Assembly: GCA_913053885.1 (NCBI GenBank)
Contig: CAJXGE010000002.1
Location: 32,298 to 96,297 of the forward strand
DNA length: 64,000 nucleotides
DNA from: an uncultured Acidimicrobiaceae bacterium
Lineage (GTDB): Bacteria > Actinomycetota > Acidimicrobiia > Acidimicrobiales > MedAcidi-G1
Direction of reading: 5' to 3'
In this document: positions 38,308 through 48,817 of the stretch, one piece after another
Numbering within the stretch: position 1 is the first letter of the stretch
Layout: each line of letters starts with the position of its first letter
Position numbers and translations under genes: made by a program
The notes under the pieces: generated by a model
What the model saw: only the letters and a program-made list of their open reading frames with translations
Databases searched by the model: none
What the model was told of the DNA's origin: nothing

Positions 38308-39153
38308 TTAAAAGTTCTCTTTCAATTCAGTTAGTCCGTCAAGAACTTTCATGACAGGTTCTGTGCCTTCAGGCGGTAAACCAAAAACCACTCTGTTGAT
38401 ACCAGCATCTAGGAGTTCTTCTATAACTTTTGGATTATTAGGCGCTCCATAAATTGATATTTCGACTTCCGAAGGGTCGCGCTCTATTTTCTCACAAGCT
38501 ATATCTCTTTCCTTTACCCATCCGTGCGGATCAAATTCTCCTCTTCCGGCTATAGGTATCCACCCGTTTCCATAGCGAACGGCGCGATTTAGTCCACCGG
38601 GTAGAACTCCTCCTACATGTATAGGAGGATGCGGTTTCTGCAACGGTTTGGGGTTGGAGATAATTGGGTCGAAGTTAATTTGACTTCCGTGATACTCGGC
38701 TTCTTCGTTTGCCCAAATTGACTTCATAGCTTCAATACTTTCGCGCATCAAACCAAACCTTCGATTTGGGTCCGTTCCATGGTTTTCCATTTCCTCGAGA
38801 CTCCAACCTGCTCCGATCCCAAAAAGGACTCTTCCCCCTGAGAGAACATCAAGGCTCGCTACTTCCTTTGATGTTTGAATTGGGTCTCGTTGAATGACTA
38901 AAGCAATCCCTGTTCCTACTTTCAGTTTTTCTGTAACCGCTGCAATCGCTGACAAAACTACAAATGGGTCCATAGCGTCGTAATACATCTGCGGAAGGAC
39001 ATCGCCACCAGGCCAAGGAGCAGTACGATTTTTGGGTATATGGCTGTGTTCTGCTACCCAGATTGATTCAAATCCGCGTTCTTCGAGCTCTGGTCCAAGG
39101 ACTTTAGGCGGAATGCCGTATTCACAAGGAAAAATATTTACACCAAATTCCAT
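38308..39153 (-). CDS. LLM-class F420-dependent oxidoreductase (Rv2161c-like)
   Basis: GFESIWVAEHSHIP, DPFVVL, ASLDVLSGGR, GAGW..EE, PKPLQKPHPPI. Confidence 0.88.
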   Translation of the reverse strand: MEFGVNIFPCEYGIPPKVLGPELEERGFESIWVAEHSHIPKNRTAPWPGGDVLPQMYYDAMDPFVVLSAIAAVTEKLKVGTGIALVIQRDPIQTSKEVASLDVLSGGRVLFGIGAGWSLEEMENHGTDPNRRFGLMRESIEAMKSIWANEEAEYHGSQINFDPIISNPKPLQKPHPPIHVGGVLPGGLNRAVRYGNGWIPIAGRGEFDPHGWVKERDIACEKIERDPSEVEISIYGAPNNPKVIEELLDAGINRVVFGLPPEGTEPVMKVLDGLTELKENF

Positions 39154-39255
39154 GACGACTCCTTAATAATCAAGTCACTACTTGTATATAGCAACTTTTA
39201 TATTTTTATCTAATCTTGCCTTGTATTCATGGATAATGATCGTTATTATCGTTTT

Positions 39256-39903
39256 ATGTCCTTAGGAACAACAGTTGGAACCGAGCCCAACGATCTAACA
39301 AGTAGTGAACTTTCCGATCGTCTTCTAGCGGCCGCCGCTGATCTTTTCGCTGAAAAAGGATATGAACAAGCGGGAGTAGCAGAAATAGCTCGCAGAGCTG
39401 GCGTTACTACCGGCGCTATTTACAGTAGATACACGGGAAAAGCAGACCTGCTTCAGGACGCTGTTAAGAATCACGCCCCTACTGAGATTGAACGCATCCT
39501 TAGGTCAGAAGACAGCGATCAGTCCCCAAAAGATATTTTGGCCGATATTGGTGAACACCTTCTAGATGACCTTCACGAAAGTACCGGTATTTTCATAGAA
39601 GCTCTTGTCGCCGCAAGGCGTGATCCTGATTTAGCAATTGTCTTACACCAACTCGCTACACAAGAAGACGCGCAAGTTGAAAAAATCATTGAAGCAGGAA
39701 AAGTGTCTGGAAGTATTGACCCAGACTTAGACAACCTCGCTCTTGTCCGCCTTGCTCATGCCATCGGCTACGGCATGAACGTAACTCGCCTACTCGGGCA
39801 AGAACTCCCTACTAAAGATTCTTGGACCGACGTGATAAACCGAGTAATAAACAGTTTTGCCCCAATCAATGAAAATGATTCTGAAATAAATGGAGAAAAA
39901 TAA
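39256..39903 (+). CDS. TetR/AcrR family regulator
   Basis: LLAAAADLFAEKGY...EIARRAGVTTGAIYSRYTGK; ATG 39256 lies 6 nt after TATTAT. Confidence 0.92.
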   Translation: MSLGTTVGTEPNDLTSSELSDRLLAAAADLFAEKGYEQAGVAEIARRAGVTTGAIYSRYTGKADLLQDAVKNHAPTEIERILRSEDSDQSPKDILADIGEHLLDDLHESTGIFIEALVAARRDPDLAIVLHQLATQEDAQVEKIIEAGKVSGSIDPDLDNLALVRLAHAIGYGMNVTRLLGQELPTKDSWTDVINRVINSFAPINENDSEINGEK

Positions 39904-41057
39904 TGACAACCACTGAAAATCCTTCAAACGAAGCCTTTGACCTCGTCGACTACGCAAATGATCCTGAACGGATCGGTGAGATATCGATGTGGAACCCAGA
40001 TGTAAGTTCACTTGTGCACGCGGTGGAAGATAACTGCGATGCCATCTTTACCTGGGGTTACGATAAAGGTGAGCGGAAGCCTTTAGACAAGCTTTATGAA
40101 AAAGCGAAAACTTCTCAATGGAACGGTCAAACTGATCTGGATTGGTCAATCGAAGTTGACTTAGAAGCACTTATGGCCAATTCAGTTCGTGACCCTATGG
40201 AAGTACAATATTTTGAAGAGAACCCAGACTCCCCTCTTCGCAACTTCAGTGAGAAAGAATGGTCTCAATTAGGTATGGAGTCATTTAATTGGAGCCTTTC
40301 TCAATTCATGCATGGTGAACAAGGTGCATTACTCTGCACCGCCAAGATCGTTGAAAGCGTTCCATGGATTGACGCTAAATACTATGCAGCAACTCAAGTA
40401 GTTGACGAAGCTCGACACGTTGAAGTCTTCGCTCAATACCTTGATACAAAACTTGGAGGAATCGGATACCCAGTTAACCACCACTTGGGTCTTTTGCTCG
40501 ATGACATCATTAATGACAGCCGGTGGGATATCACTTACCTTGGGATGCAAATTATGGTTGAAGGGCTTGCTTTAGCTGCCTTTGGGTTTATGCATCAAAC
40601 CACGCAAGAACCACTGCTTAAAAAATTGCTTCGTTATGTCATGAGTGATGAAGCCCGCCATGTTGCCTTTGGTGTTCTCTCTTTGAAAGAGGTTTACGAA
40701 GATATGACTCATGCGGAATTAAGAGAGCGACAAGAATTTGCTTTCGAAGCTGCCCTTAGAATGCGCGACCGTTTTATGCGACAAGAAGTTTGGCATCGTA
40801 TGGGAGTTGACACAGAAGAAATGGTTAAGTTCCAGTTGGATATGCCTGATGAACTCCGTGTTTTCCAACGCATGTTGTTTTCTAAGATCGTCCCTAACTG
40901 CAAGAAACTAGGGTTATTGGATGCTGGAGACGGTTGGCTACGTGATCGGTTTACCGATATTGGTGTCATCCAGTTTGAAGACTGGGTAGATACCAGCGAA
41001 GAGTTCCTTGAGCTTGACGAAGTAGCTAAAGATAGAGAAGCAGCAAAAGCTAACTAA
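39903..41057 (+). CDS. Ferritin-like diiron protein (AurF-like oxygenase family)
   Basis: HGEQGA, DEARH, VEGLA, second DEARH; TAATG coupling to tetR. Confidence 0.82.
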   Translation: MTTTENPSNEAFDLVDYANDPERIGEISMWNPDVSSLVHAVEDNCDAIFTWGYDKGERKPLDKLYEKAKTSQWNGQTDLDWSIEVDLEALMANSVRDPMEVQYFEENPDSPLRNFSEKEWSQLGMESFNWSLSQFMHGEQGALLCTAKIVESVPWIDAKYYAATQVVDEARHVEVFAQYLDTKLGGIGYPVNHHLGLLLDDIINDSRWDITYLGMQIMVEGLALAAFGFMHQTTQEPLLKKLLRYVMSDEARHVAFGVLSLKEVYEDMTHAELRERQEFAFEAALRMRDRFMRQEVWHRMGVDTEEMVKFQLDMPDELRVFQRMLFSKIVPNCKKLGLLDAGDGWLRDRFTDIGVIQFEDWVDTSEEFLELDEVAKDREAAKAN

Positions 41058-41109
41058 TTTGTAATCTATATTGAATTCATAGGATAAAAACTACAGAGAT
41101 CCTCTCTGT

Positions 41110-41403
41110 TTATTGACCGTTTCCTGCTTTCTCATGGTGTCGAATGACTTCGTCTATAACAAAGCGTAAGAATTTTTCAGAGAAAACTGGATCAAGACCG
41201 GCATCATCAGCTAAGCGACTAAGGCGCTCTATTTGTTCAGATTCTCGGTCAGGATCTGCAGGTGGGAGCCCCACCTTGGCTTTATAGTCTCCGACCTTGC
41301 CAGTTACTTTGAATCGCTCAGCTAAAAGCAAAATAAGTGCTGCATCAATATTGTCGATACTGGAACGAAATTCCTTAAGGGTTTCGTCACCTTGCTTACT
41401 CAT
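41110..41403 (-). CDS. Chorismate mutase (AroQ, monofunctional)
   Basis: FRSSIDNIDAALILLLAERF...VGDYK...DPDRE; start at ATG 41403 after an AAAGG RBS. Confidence 0.9.
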   Translation of the reverse strand: MSKQGDETLKEFRSSIDNIDAALILLLAERFKVTGKVGDYKAKVGLPPADPDRESEQIERLSRLADDAGLDPVFSEKFLRFVIDEVIRHHEKAGNGQ

Positions 41404-41523
41404 GAGTTGCCTTTCTTTATTTATCACTCCAGCGTAGACCCAACATGGCTGTTGCCGCACGATAGGACTACTCTCGCTTCTATTAAATAAAACTCAACCG
41501 TAGATCTAATAAGGACAAGAACT

Positions 41524-43053
41524 ATGGAGATACCACTAACTATTGCAGATTATTTAGACCGAGCTGAACGAGTTTATGGTGATCGCGTTGCGATCATTGA
41601 TGAACCGGATCAGCCCGCCTCTCCTCTACCTGACATTACCTACAAACGTCTTGCTGAACTTTCAAGAGGTATGGCCACAGGCTTTGATGAACTGGGTCTT
41701 GAAACCGGGGCACGAGTTGCCATGGTTTCTCATAATGCAGCGCGTCTCCTAGTTTTCTTATTTGGAAGTAGTGCCTTTGGGCGAGTAGGGGTCCCTATTA
41801 ACTTCCGGTTAAGCTCTGCTGAGATTCAATACATTCTTGATCATTCTGGCGCTGAGGTACTGTTCATTGATCCTGAGTTAGCTGATGAGCATGGATCTTT
41901 CAATGTGAAGCATCAATTTGTAGTAGGTCCAGAGTCAGATCAAATTTTTGTTGAAGGAGGTGTCCCTAAACCTTGGACTCCCGATGAATCTGCGACTGCA
42001 ACTATTAATTACACAAGTGGAACCACTGCGCGTCCAAAGGGTGTGGAGATGACCCATCGCAACATTTGGCTTAATGCCGCTGTTTTTGGTTGGCAAGCAG
42101 GAGTTTCTGATCGCGACGTCTATTTACACACACTTCCAATGTTTCACTGCAACGGTTGGGGTATGCCCTACGCCATGACCGGAATGGGCGGACAACACAT
42201 AGTTCTCAGAAAGGTTGATGGCCGAGAAATACTTGAGCGTATTGAAAAACATAAGATCACTTTGCTTTGCGGGGCCCCAGCGGTAATCACCGCTGTTCTC
42301 GATGCGGCCGCCGAATGGGATGGAGAAATTCCAGGCGCTGGAGTTATGCGTATTGTGGTTGCTGGTGCTCCTCCCCCGACTCAACTAATCGCACAAGTAG
42401 AGACTGAACTGAACTGGGAATTCATTCAAATCTATGGTTTAACAGAAACCGCGCCACTTTTGACTATGAACAGAAATCGCGCTGAGTGGGATCATCTTGA
42501 TGCCGCAGAGCGAGCAGTCAAGCTTTCTCGTGCTGGAGCTCCTGCTTTGGGTGTTGAACTTTCTACAAGTAAGGATGGAGAACTCTTGGCTAGGTCAAAT
42601 CACGTTCTTAAAAGTTATTGGAGTCAACCTGATGCGACTGAAGAGGCTCTTGCTGACAACTGGTTCCACACTGGAGATGGAGCGACAATCAGTGATGACA
42701 GTTATGCAACTATCACTGACCGCAAAAAAGATGTGATTATTTCTGGTGGAGAAAACGTTTCTTCCATTGAAGTAGAAGATGCTCTATTTTCACATCCCGC
42801 TGTAGCCGAGGTAGCTGTAATCGGAGTACCAGACGAAAAATGGGGTGAGACAGTAAAAGCCTTAGTAGTAGTAACTGACAATTCAATAAGCGAGCAAGAA
42901 CTCATTGATCATTGTCGAGATCTTTTGGCTCACTACAAATGTCCAACTTCAGTGGAATTCCGAGAAGAACTCGCTCGCACCTCTACAGGTAAACTACAAA
43001 AGTTTAAACTTCGTGCTCCTTACTGGGAACATATGGATCGGCAAGTCAACTAG
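41524..43053 (+). CDS. AMP-binding acyl-CoA synthetase
   Basis: YTSGTTARPKG, PMFHCNGWG, IYGLTET, HTGD, DRKKDVIISGGENVSS, TGKLQK. Confidence 0.93.
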   Translation: MEIPLTIADYLDRAERVYGDRVAIIDEPDQPASPLPDITYKRLAELSRGMATGFDELGLETGARVAMVSHNAARLLVFLFGSSAFGRVGVPINFRLSSAEIQYILDHSGAEVLFIDPELADEHGSFNVKHQFVVGPESDQIFVEGGVPKPWTPDESATATINYTSGTTARPKGVEMTHRNIWLNAAVFGWQAGVSDRDVYLHTLPMFHCNGWGMPYAMTGMGGQHIVLRKVDGREILERIEKHKITLLCGAPAVITAVLDAAAEWDGEIPGAGVMRIVVAGAPPPTQLIAQVETELNWEFIQIYGLTETAPLLTMNRNRAEWDHLDAAERAVKLSRAGAPALGVELSTSKDGELLARSNHVLKSYWSQPDATEEALADNWFHTGDGATISDDSYATITDRKKDVIISGGENVSSIEVEDALFSHPAVAEVAVIGVPDEKWGETVKALVVVTDNSISEQELIDHCRDLLAHYKCPTSVEFREELARTSTGKLQKFKLRAPYWEHMDRQVN

Positions 43054-43061
43054 TAGGTGAA

Positions 43062-44057
43062 TTAATTTACAGATTTGAGAGATTCTTGAGAAAAGAATCG
43101 TCGAGGGTTGTCCACAACAAGTTTTTCTATCTCTTCTTCTGTTATTCCTTTTTCTCTAAGCATTGGGACTACTTCTCGGTCAAAGCGGGTTGGCTCCATA
43201 GCCTCGGATATGCGATCCATTGCGTGCGCAGGGAAAGGCTCTCCTTTCCAGCACCAAACGGAGTCATGGCTCACTACAACCCGATCACCTACCCCGTTCC
43301 TGATAAGGCGAGCCAAAGAATCTGCACGGTTTTGGTCTGGCATCAAGGCTTCTATGCCGAATCGATCAAAACCTAAGTAACTACCAGCTGATGCTATAGA
43401 CATGTGGTAGTCGGTATCTGTAGTTCCGCAAGAGTGTCCAATAATTATCTGATTGGCTGGAACCTTGCCCTTTGTTAGCACTTCTTGTTGGACATCACCT
43501 AGAGTCCCGTCATCTGTGTGGGTTGTTACTGGAACTCCAGTAGCGACAGAAGCTCTTGCCACTCCAGTAAACACTTTGCTTTCATACTCTGACATGCTTC
43601 CACGCCCAGTCCCGCATTTGATGATTCCAGGACGAACTCCAGTCTCTCCTATTCCTTCAGTTAGTTCTGAAATGAATAGTTCTTCCATGACTCCTTCAAT
43701 ATCTTCATATTGGGCTTTATGTGTCCAGTAGGCGGCTCCCCCGCCTTCTTCACGGTAGAGACCTGTTGCGCAGATAATGTTGAACCCTGTTGCTTCAGCT
43801 GCTTCAACCATCAGCTCAACGTCTCTCCCTAGATCTGCAGGACAAGGATCTAAAAGTGTTTGGTAACCTAAATCTTGTAATTCTGAAATGCGGTCTATGC
43901 ATATTTGACGCATATCAGAACGAGATTTTTTTAGTCGATTGGTGTGAGACTCCCATCCTGAATAGCCGACAGCTAGATGTTCATGCATTAGCGTACGACC
44001 TAGTTTTTCGGGGGAAATTGGACCCAAAACCGTCTGAACTTCTATTTTTTCACTCAT
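43062..44057 (-). CDS. Phosphotriesterase-family metallohydrolase (PTE-like lactonase)
   Basis: TLMHEH, ICATG, GIIKCG (carboxylated Lys), TTHT, IGHS, FDRFG, VSHD, NPRR. Confidence 0.9.
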   Translation of the reverse strand: MSEKIEVQTVLGPISPEKLGRTLMHEHLAVGYSGWESHTNRLKKSRSDMRQICIDRISELQDLGYQTLLDPCPADLGRDVELMVEAAEATGFNIICATGLYREEGGGAAYWTHKAQYEDIEGVMEELFISELTEGIGETGVRPGIIKCGTGRGSMSEYESKVFTGVARASVATGVPVTTHTDDGTLGDVQQEVLTKGKVPANQIIIGHSCGTTDTDYHMSIASAGSYLGFDRFGIEALMPDQNRADSLARLIRNGVGDRVVVSHDSVWCWKGEPFPAHAMDRISEAMEPTRFDREVVPMLREKGITEEEIEKLVVDNPRRFFSQESLKSVN

Positions 44058-44221
44058 TTCGGACTCTTTCTCTTTATGACGAAATGATGACAGATTTCTA
44101 TTTCTAGTGCAGATTCGGGCGTCTCGGTTGCCTATGCCGTTTATTACTCCTACCGTTATGTGGACTATCCAAGAGTGGGTAGGGTCCCGTATGGGACATC
44201 GACGAACCGAGGGGGTTCCAC

Positions 44222-45340
44222 ATGAGCAAGCTTTTCAAGCTTCTCTCGTTGTTCCTTGCTGTCGGTGTTGTTGCTGCTGCTTGCAGTAGCGATTCCTCCG
44301 ATGATGCAGGTACAACTACTGCTGCTCCGGCAGAGACAACTGAAGCGCCCGCTACTACGGCCGTAGAATTGGATGCCGATGGCAGCCTACTTGACACCGT
44401 TATAGCTCGCGGCAAAGTTCACTGTGGCGTAAGCGGCAGTGCGGTTGCATTCTCTGAGACTCAAGCCGATGGCTCAGTCACCGGATTTGACGCTGACTAC
44501 TGCCGTGCAGTAGCTGCTGCCGTATTAGGCGATGCAAATGCCGTTGAATTCGTAGCATTAACCGCTTCAGAACGTTTCACCGCTGTACAAACTGGCGATG
44601 TTGATCTTCTGATGCGTAATACCACTTGGACACAGAGCCGTGACTCCGATCTAGGTATGGACTTTGGTCCAACGACCTACTATGACGGTCAACAGCTCAT
44701 GGCACGTGTAAGCGACGGATTCGATGCATCAAGCACCGTAGCTGACCTTGACGGCGCCATTGTGTGCACCAACGCTGGTACAACAACCGAAAAGAACATT
44801 GCTGAAGCCGCTGAATTGGCTGGTGCAGACATCGAATTGCTTGCTTTTGAAACAAGCGACGAAGTCTATGAAACATTCATTGCTGGTGGTTGTGATATCA
44901 CCACAACTGATGGTTCAGCATTAGTTGGACGCAAGGTTAAGCAACAACCTGCAGATCAAGAGTGGGTGATTTTCCCAGCTACTCCGATCTCGAAAGAACC
45001 ACTTGGCCCAACATATGGCCAAAATGACTCTGTTTGGGCAGACGTCATCAACTGGACTGTATATGCCACCATCATCATGGATGAATATGGCATTGGTTCA
45101 TCAAACGTTGATGATCACGTTGGCGACCCAGGCGAAGTTGGTCGTCTGCTTGGAGGCGAAGGCGAACTTCAGACCGTAATGGGTCTTAGCGCCGATGCTT
45201 TCTATCAGGTAATCAAGCAGGTTGGTAACTACAGTGAAATCTACAACTCGAACCTTAATCCTGTTGGTCTTGTCCGCGAGGGCAGCGCTAACGCTGGATG
45301 GCTCGATGGTGGTCTAATTTATGCACCACCTGCACGTTAG
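44222..45340 (+). CDS. aapJ: Amino acid ABC transporter substrate-binding lipoprotein (AapJ/BztA-like)
   Basis: Lipobox VAAAC, Thr/Ala linker, DYCRAVAAAV, ERFTA, RNTTWT, YYDGQ, ISKEPLGP, VGNYSEIY, GLIYAPP. Confidence 0.9.
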   Translation: MSKLFKLLSLFLAVGVVAAACSSDSSDDAGTTTAAPAETTEAPATTAVELDADGSLLDTVIARGKVHCGVSGSAVAFSETQADGSVTGFDADYCRAVAAAVLGDANAVEFVALTASERFTAVQTGDVDLLMRNTTWTQSRDSDLGMDFGPTTYYDGQQLMARVSDGFDASSTVADLDGAIVCTNAGTTTEKNIAEAAELAGADIELLAFETSDEVYETFIAGGCDITTTDGSALVGRKVKQQPADQEWVIFPATPISKEPLGPTYGQNDSVWADVINWTVYATIIMDEYGIGSSNVDDHVGDPGEVGRLLGGEGELQTVMGLSADAFYQVIKQVGNYSEIYNSNLNPVGLVREGSANAGWLDGGLIYAPPAR

Positions 45341-45360
45341 ATTTAACTAACTAATCCGTT

Positions 45361-45410
45361 AAGACCCCACGGACGAGGAACAATTTGTTCCAAGTGCGTG
45401 GGGTCTTTTC
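45361..45410 (+). terminator. Long intercistronic hairpin after the binding-protein gene
   Basis: AAGACCCCACG...CGTGGGGTCTT outer stem, GGAACAA/TTGTTCC inner stem, T-tail. Confidence 0.75.
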
Positions 45411-45467
45411 ATTTAGTACAGCCCGTGTAACATCCTGAGATAATTTCTTACTAGTCTGTTCAAAGAT

Positions 45468-47000
45468 ATGTCCGATACTCCTACGTCTACTTCTGAAAAA
45501 GTGCTTTCAGCACGGCCTCCTCTTTGGCGCGACATCGTAATCATAAAATGGGTAACACAAGTCTTCCTTCTCGTAGTAGTTCTAACTGCGCTGTGGTTTC
45601 TCACTAGTCAAGCAGGTGACAATCTCAAGGCCCGAAGCATCTCTGCAGACTTCAACTTCATAGAACGTCCAGTTGACATTCAATTAAGCGAAGGTATTGA
45701 CACCCACCCCGATTCTGGTGGTCGAGCTCTTTGGGTGGGAATGGTGAACACCATCCGAATCTCCCTCATCGGTATCATCTTCGCCACGATTCTTGGGGTG
45801 GTTGTAGGTCTCGCCCGCCTTTCAAATAACTGGTTGGTTCGTCGTCTCTCAACAATATGGGTGGAAACATTAAGAAATATCCCTCTGCTAGTTCAAATAA
45901 TCTTTTTCTTCTCCATCCTCACTGTTCTTCCCCGAGTGAGCCTTGAAACTGGCCCAATAAATGGATGGCTTCATATTTCTAACAAGGGCATATCTATGCC
46001 TAGAGTTTTCTTAGCGGATGGCTTTTATCAATGGCTTGTTGTCGTTCTTATTGGTGCCGCAGTTTCTTACTTCGTGTATAAAAAGAGAAAACGAATTCAC
46101 GATGAAACAGGAGTAAATACTTCACCCGTTCTTTGGGCTCTCGGAGTCGTCGCATTATTCGGAATACTAGGCATTTTTATCCACCCAATATTCTCTTGGG
46201 TTGGTTCAATCTTTGGAGCACTCGCATCACTATTTGATTCTCTTCCAATTCTTGCTCCCCAACTTCTCCTATGTGCCCTTTCTGTAGGATTAGCTTCCAC
46301 GTGGATCATCCGATTCATTCGTAAAAACCGCAGTGCACGTGGTCATCTTTCCCTCGTTGACGATGACTGGTTCAGAATAATTTTCACAGCTGCGGTCTCT
46401 GTAGCTTTCATAGTTCTTTTTGTGAGGTGGACCGGGTTTTCTTCTTGGATCTTAAATAGCGGACGCGATCTGTTTGAAGTCATCGAATCTAAATTCAACG
46501 TTGATGGAGCAGCTAGACCCTTTGATGCAATGCGTCCGGATATTGTGCAACCTGGAAAGTTCCCTAATTATGGGTCTAGTGGACTAACTATGAGTATTAG
46601 TTTTGCTGCCGTATTTTTTGGTGTTGTCTTCTACACATCAGCATTTATTGGAGAGAACGTCCGCGGAGGAATTCTTGCAGTACCGAAAGGACAAATAGAA
46701 GCAGCAAACGCGGTTGGACTGAAAAGAACCCATGCCTTACGTCACATAATCTTGCCACAAGCTTTTAGAGTTATTTTGCCTCCAACTGGAAACCAGTATC
46801 TCAACCTCACAAAAAACACTTCTTTAGCGATCGCCGTTGGTTACAGCGACATAGTCCAAGTCGGAACCACAGTCTTCAACCAAACTGGGAAGACTTTACC
46901 GGTAGTTGGAATCTGGATGTTGTTCTATCTAAGTTGTTCTCTAACTATTTCGGTGATCGTCAATTGGTTTAATGTTCGAATGCAGTTGGTGGAACGATAA
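45468..47000 (+). CDS. aapQ: Amino acid ABC transporter permease (AapQ/BztB-like, enlarged)
   Basis: GMVNTI, ARLSNNWL, RNIPLLVQI, EAA loop (VPKGQIEAANAVG), NLTKNTSLAIAVGY. Confidence 0.85.
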   Translation: MSDTPTSTSEKVLSARPPLWRDIVIIKWVTQVFLLVVVLTALWFLTSQAGDNLKARSISADFNFIERPVDIQLSEGIDTHPDSGGRALWVGMVNTIRISLIGIIFATILGVVVGLARLSNNWLVRRLSTIWVETLRNIPLLVQIIFFFSILTVLPRVSLETGPINGWLHISNKGISMPRVFLADGFYQWLVVVLIGAAVSYFVYKKRKRIHDETGVNTSPVLWALGVVALFGILGIFIHPIFSWVGSIFGALASLFDSLPILAPQLLLCALSVGLASTWIIRFIRKNRSARGHLSLVDDDWFRIIFTAAVSVAFIVLFVRWTGFSSWILNSGRDLFEVIESKFNVDGAARPFDAMRPDIVQPGKFPNYGSSGLTMSISFAAVFFGVVFYTSAFIGENVRGGILAVPKGQIEAANAVGLKRTHALRHIILPQAFRVILPPTGNQYLNLTKNTSLAIAVGYSDIVQVGTTVFNQTGKTLPVVGIWMLFYLSCSLTISVIVNWFNVRMQLVER

Positions 47001-48808
47001 TGAGCGATTTTAACGTTACTGGTGTAGAAGGAACAGTAAGCATAAAGCCGCCTCCAGAAACTCCTAAACTGCCCCCTCGCCTATGGATAAAAGAAAACCT
47101 TTTCTCCTCTCCCTTCAATGTTTTCCTAACCATTGCTTCCACTGGAATTCTTCTAATTCTTGGACGCGGTCTTCTATCATTCATTTTTAGTCATGAGCGA
47201 CAGTGGGGTTCCACTGCTACAAATCTTCGTCTGTTGATGACTCAGGCATATCCAGAAGAGCAATACATGCGGGTGTGGGTCTGTGTAGGAGTGATCTTTA
47301 CCTTAACGGGCTTATCTATGGCTGTATGGAATGCAGGCAGTCGCGTAGCTCTCAGAAGATTAGGTTCTTTTCTGCTTAGTACCGGTGTTGTCATAGATAT
47401 CTTGACACTGCTTGCACCTTTTAGTAGCAGCGCAACAATCATTTGGTTGTGCGTCGGTACAGGTATTTCTCTGTTTGGCGGATCACTGGTTAAGTTCAGC
47501 GATGAAGATAAGACAATGAGCATCCTGACCGTAACAGTGATCGCTTTAGCCGGTGCGATTCTTTCACTGTGGGTTGTCCCCTACGGGCATCACAGTTTCG
47601 TATTTGAGAGAACTCCACGTTCTCTAGCGGAAGCAGGCACAGTTGCTTTGACGACAAAATTGCCATGGACAATCATGCTGCTGATAGGGATAGCCTCATA
47701 TTTCGCTGGGAAAGCAATTCGAGAAAAGATCTCTCAGAATGTTTTACGAGTGAGCGTTCTTACTATCTGGTTCTTAGCACCTCCTGCTTTGCTTTATCTC
47801 GTTCTAAGAGACCCTGATTTTGATATGGGACATGTTCTCAATACAGACATACCCATTTTTCTCGTCTTCGCCGCTGTAGGTGCTGGTCTGCTGTTCTGGT
47901 TGACACGTCCAACTGCAGGAGAACTCGGAAAAGTGATCGCTGCAATAACTCTTCTAATTGGATTCGGCTCTTTCTTGACTCCGATGCGAATGATCATTCG
48001 AATACTTATTCTGCTTTTGGCTATATTCGCTATTTCGGCTCCAACTTTTGCTGGCGATAACCAAACTCGCCGTCGTTATAGTTTGGGATGGATTGGGGTT
48101 TCCGGAGTTACCTGTTGGCTGGTTACTGCTATCAATACACCGTCTACTGTTGAGGTGCCCGGAAGCTTCTTCATCGGTGGAGTTTCGCTTACTTTGTTGA
48201 TCGCAATATTCACGATTGTGATTTCTTTCCCCTTAGGCATACTCCTTGCTCTTGGCCGTACTTCCACAATGCCGATCTTCCGGATTCTGTGTACGTGGTT
48301 TATTGAATTTGTTCGAGGAATACCATTAATCACGATTTTGATTTTCTTTAGCATCATGTTCCCGATGTTCCTTCCTAAGGAGATGGAAATCGGAGAAGTG
48401 GCTTCAATAGTTATTGGTTATTCTCTTTTCTCTTCTGCTTACTTAGCAGAAAATGTGAGAGGTGGTCTTCAATCTGTAACTCGTGGACAGCATGAAGCTG
48501 CTGATGCGGTTGGTATGACCACACCACAAAAAACGTTGTTTATTGTTCTTCCCCAAGCGCTGCGAGTTTCTATTCCCCCGCTTGTCAGCCACTGCATTGG
48601 TGTTTTCAAAGAAACATCACTGCTAGCAATAATTGGTTTATTTGACATTCTTTATATTGCTCGTAATGTCATCCCGAACCAGACAGAGTTCCTTGGCAGC
48701 GTAAGAGAAAATCTTCTTTTCGTATGTCTTATTTATTGGATACTTTCTTATCAGATGTCAAAAGCCAGCCAGCGTCTTGAACGACGTGTCGGTCTTGGTG
48801 AACGATGA
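47000..48808 (+). CDS. aapM: Amino acid ABC transporter permease (AapM/BztC-like, enlarged)
   Basis: WIKENLFSSPFN, LALGRTS, IEFVRGIPLI, SAYLAENVRGGLQ, GQHEAA, FKETSL. Confidence 0.85.
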   Translation: MSDFNVTGVEGTVSIKPPPETPKLPPRLWIKENLFSSPFNVFLTIASTGILLILGRGLLSFIFSHERQWGSTATNLRLLMTQAYPEEQYMRVWVCVGVIFTLTGLSMAVWNAGSRVALRRLGSFLLSTGVVIDILTLLAPFSSSATIIWLCVGTGISLFGGSLVKFSDEDKTMSILTVTVIALAGAILSLWVVPYGHHSFVFERTPRSLAEAGTVALTTKLPWTIMLLIGIASYFAGKAIREKISQNVLRVSVLTIWFLAPPALLYLVLRDPDFDMGHVLNTDIPIFLVFAAVGAGLLFWLTRPTAGELGKVIAAITLLIGFGSFLTPMRMIIRILILLLAIFAISAPTFAGDNQTRRRYSLGWIGVSGVTCWLVTAINTPSTVEVPGSFFIGGVSLTLLIAIFTIVISFPLGILLALGRTSTMPIFRILCTWFIEFVRGIPLITILIFFSIMFPMFLPKEMEIGEVASIVIGYSLFSSAYLAENVRGGLQSVTRGQHEAADAVGMTTPQKTLFIVLPQALRVSIPPLVSHCIGVFKETSLLAIIGLFDILYIARNVIPNQTEFLGSVRENLLFVCLIYWILSYQMSKASQRLERRVGLGER

Positions 48809-48817
48809 GGTGAAACT

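Noticed and set aside
44104-44415. Minus-strand 103-aa ORF and other short ORFs (60-140 aa) overlapping longer genes throughout the window
   Set aside because: They overlap well-supported genes in antisense or alternate frames and show no recognisable motifs or start signals
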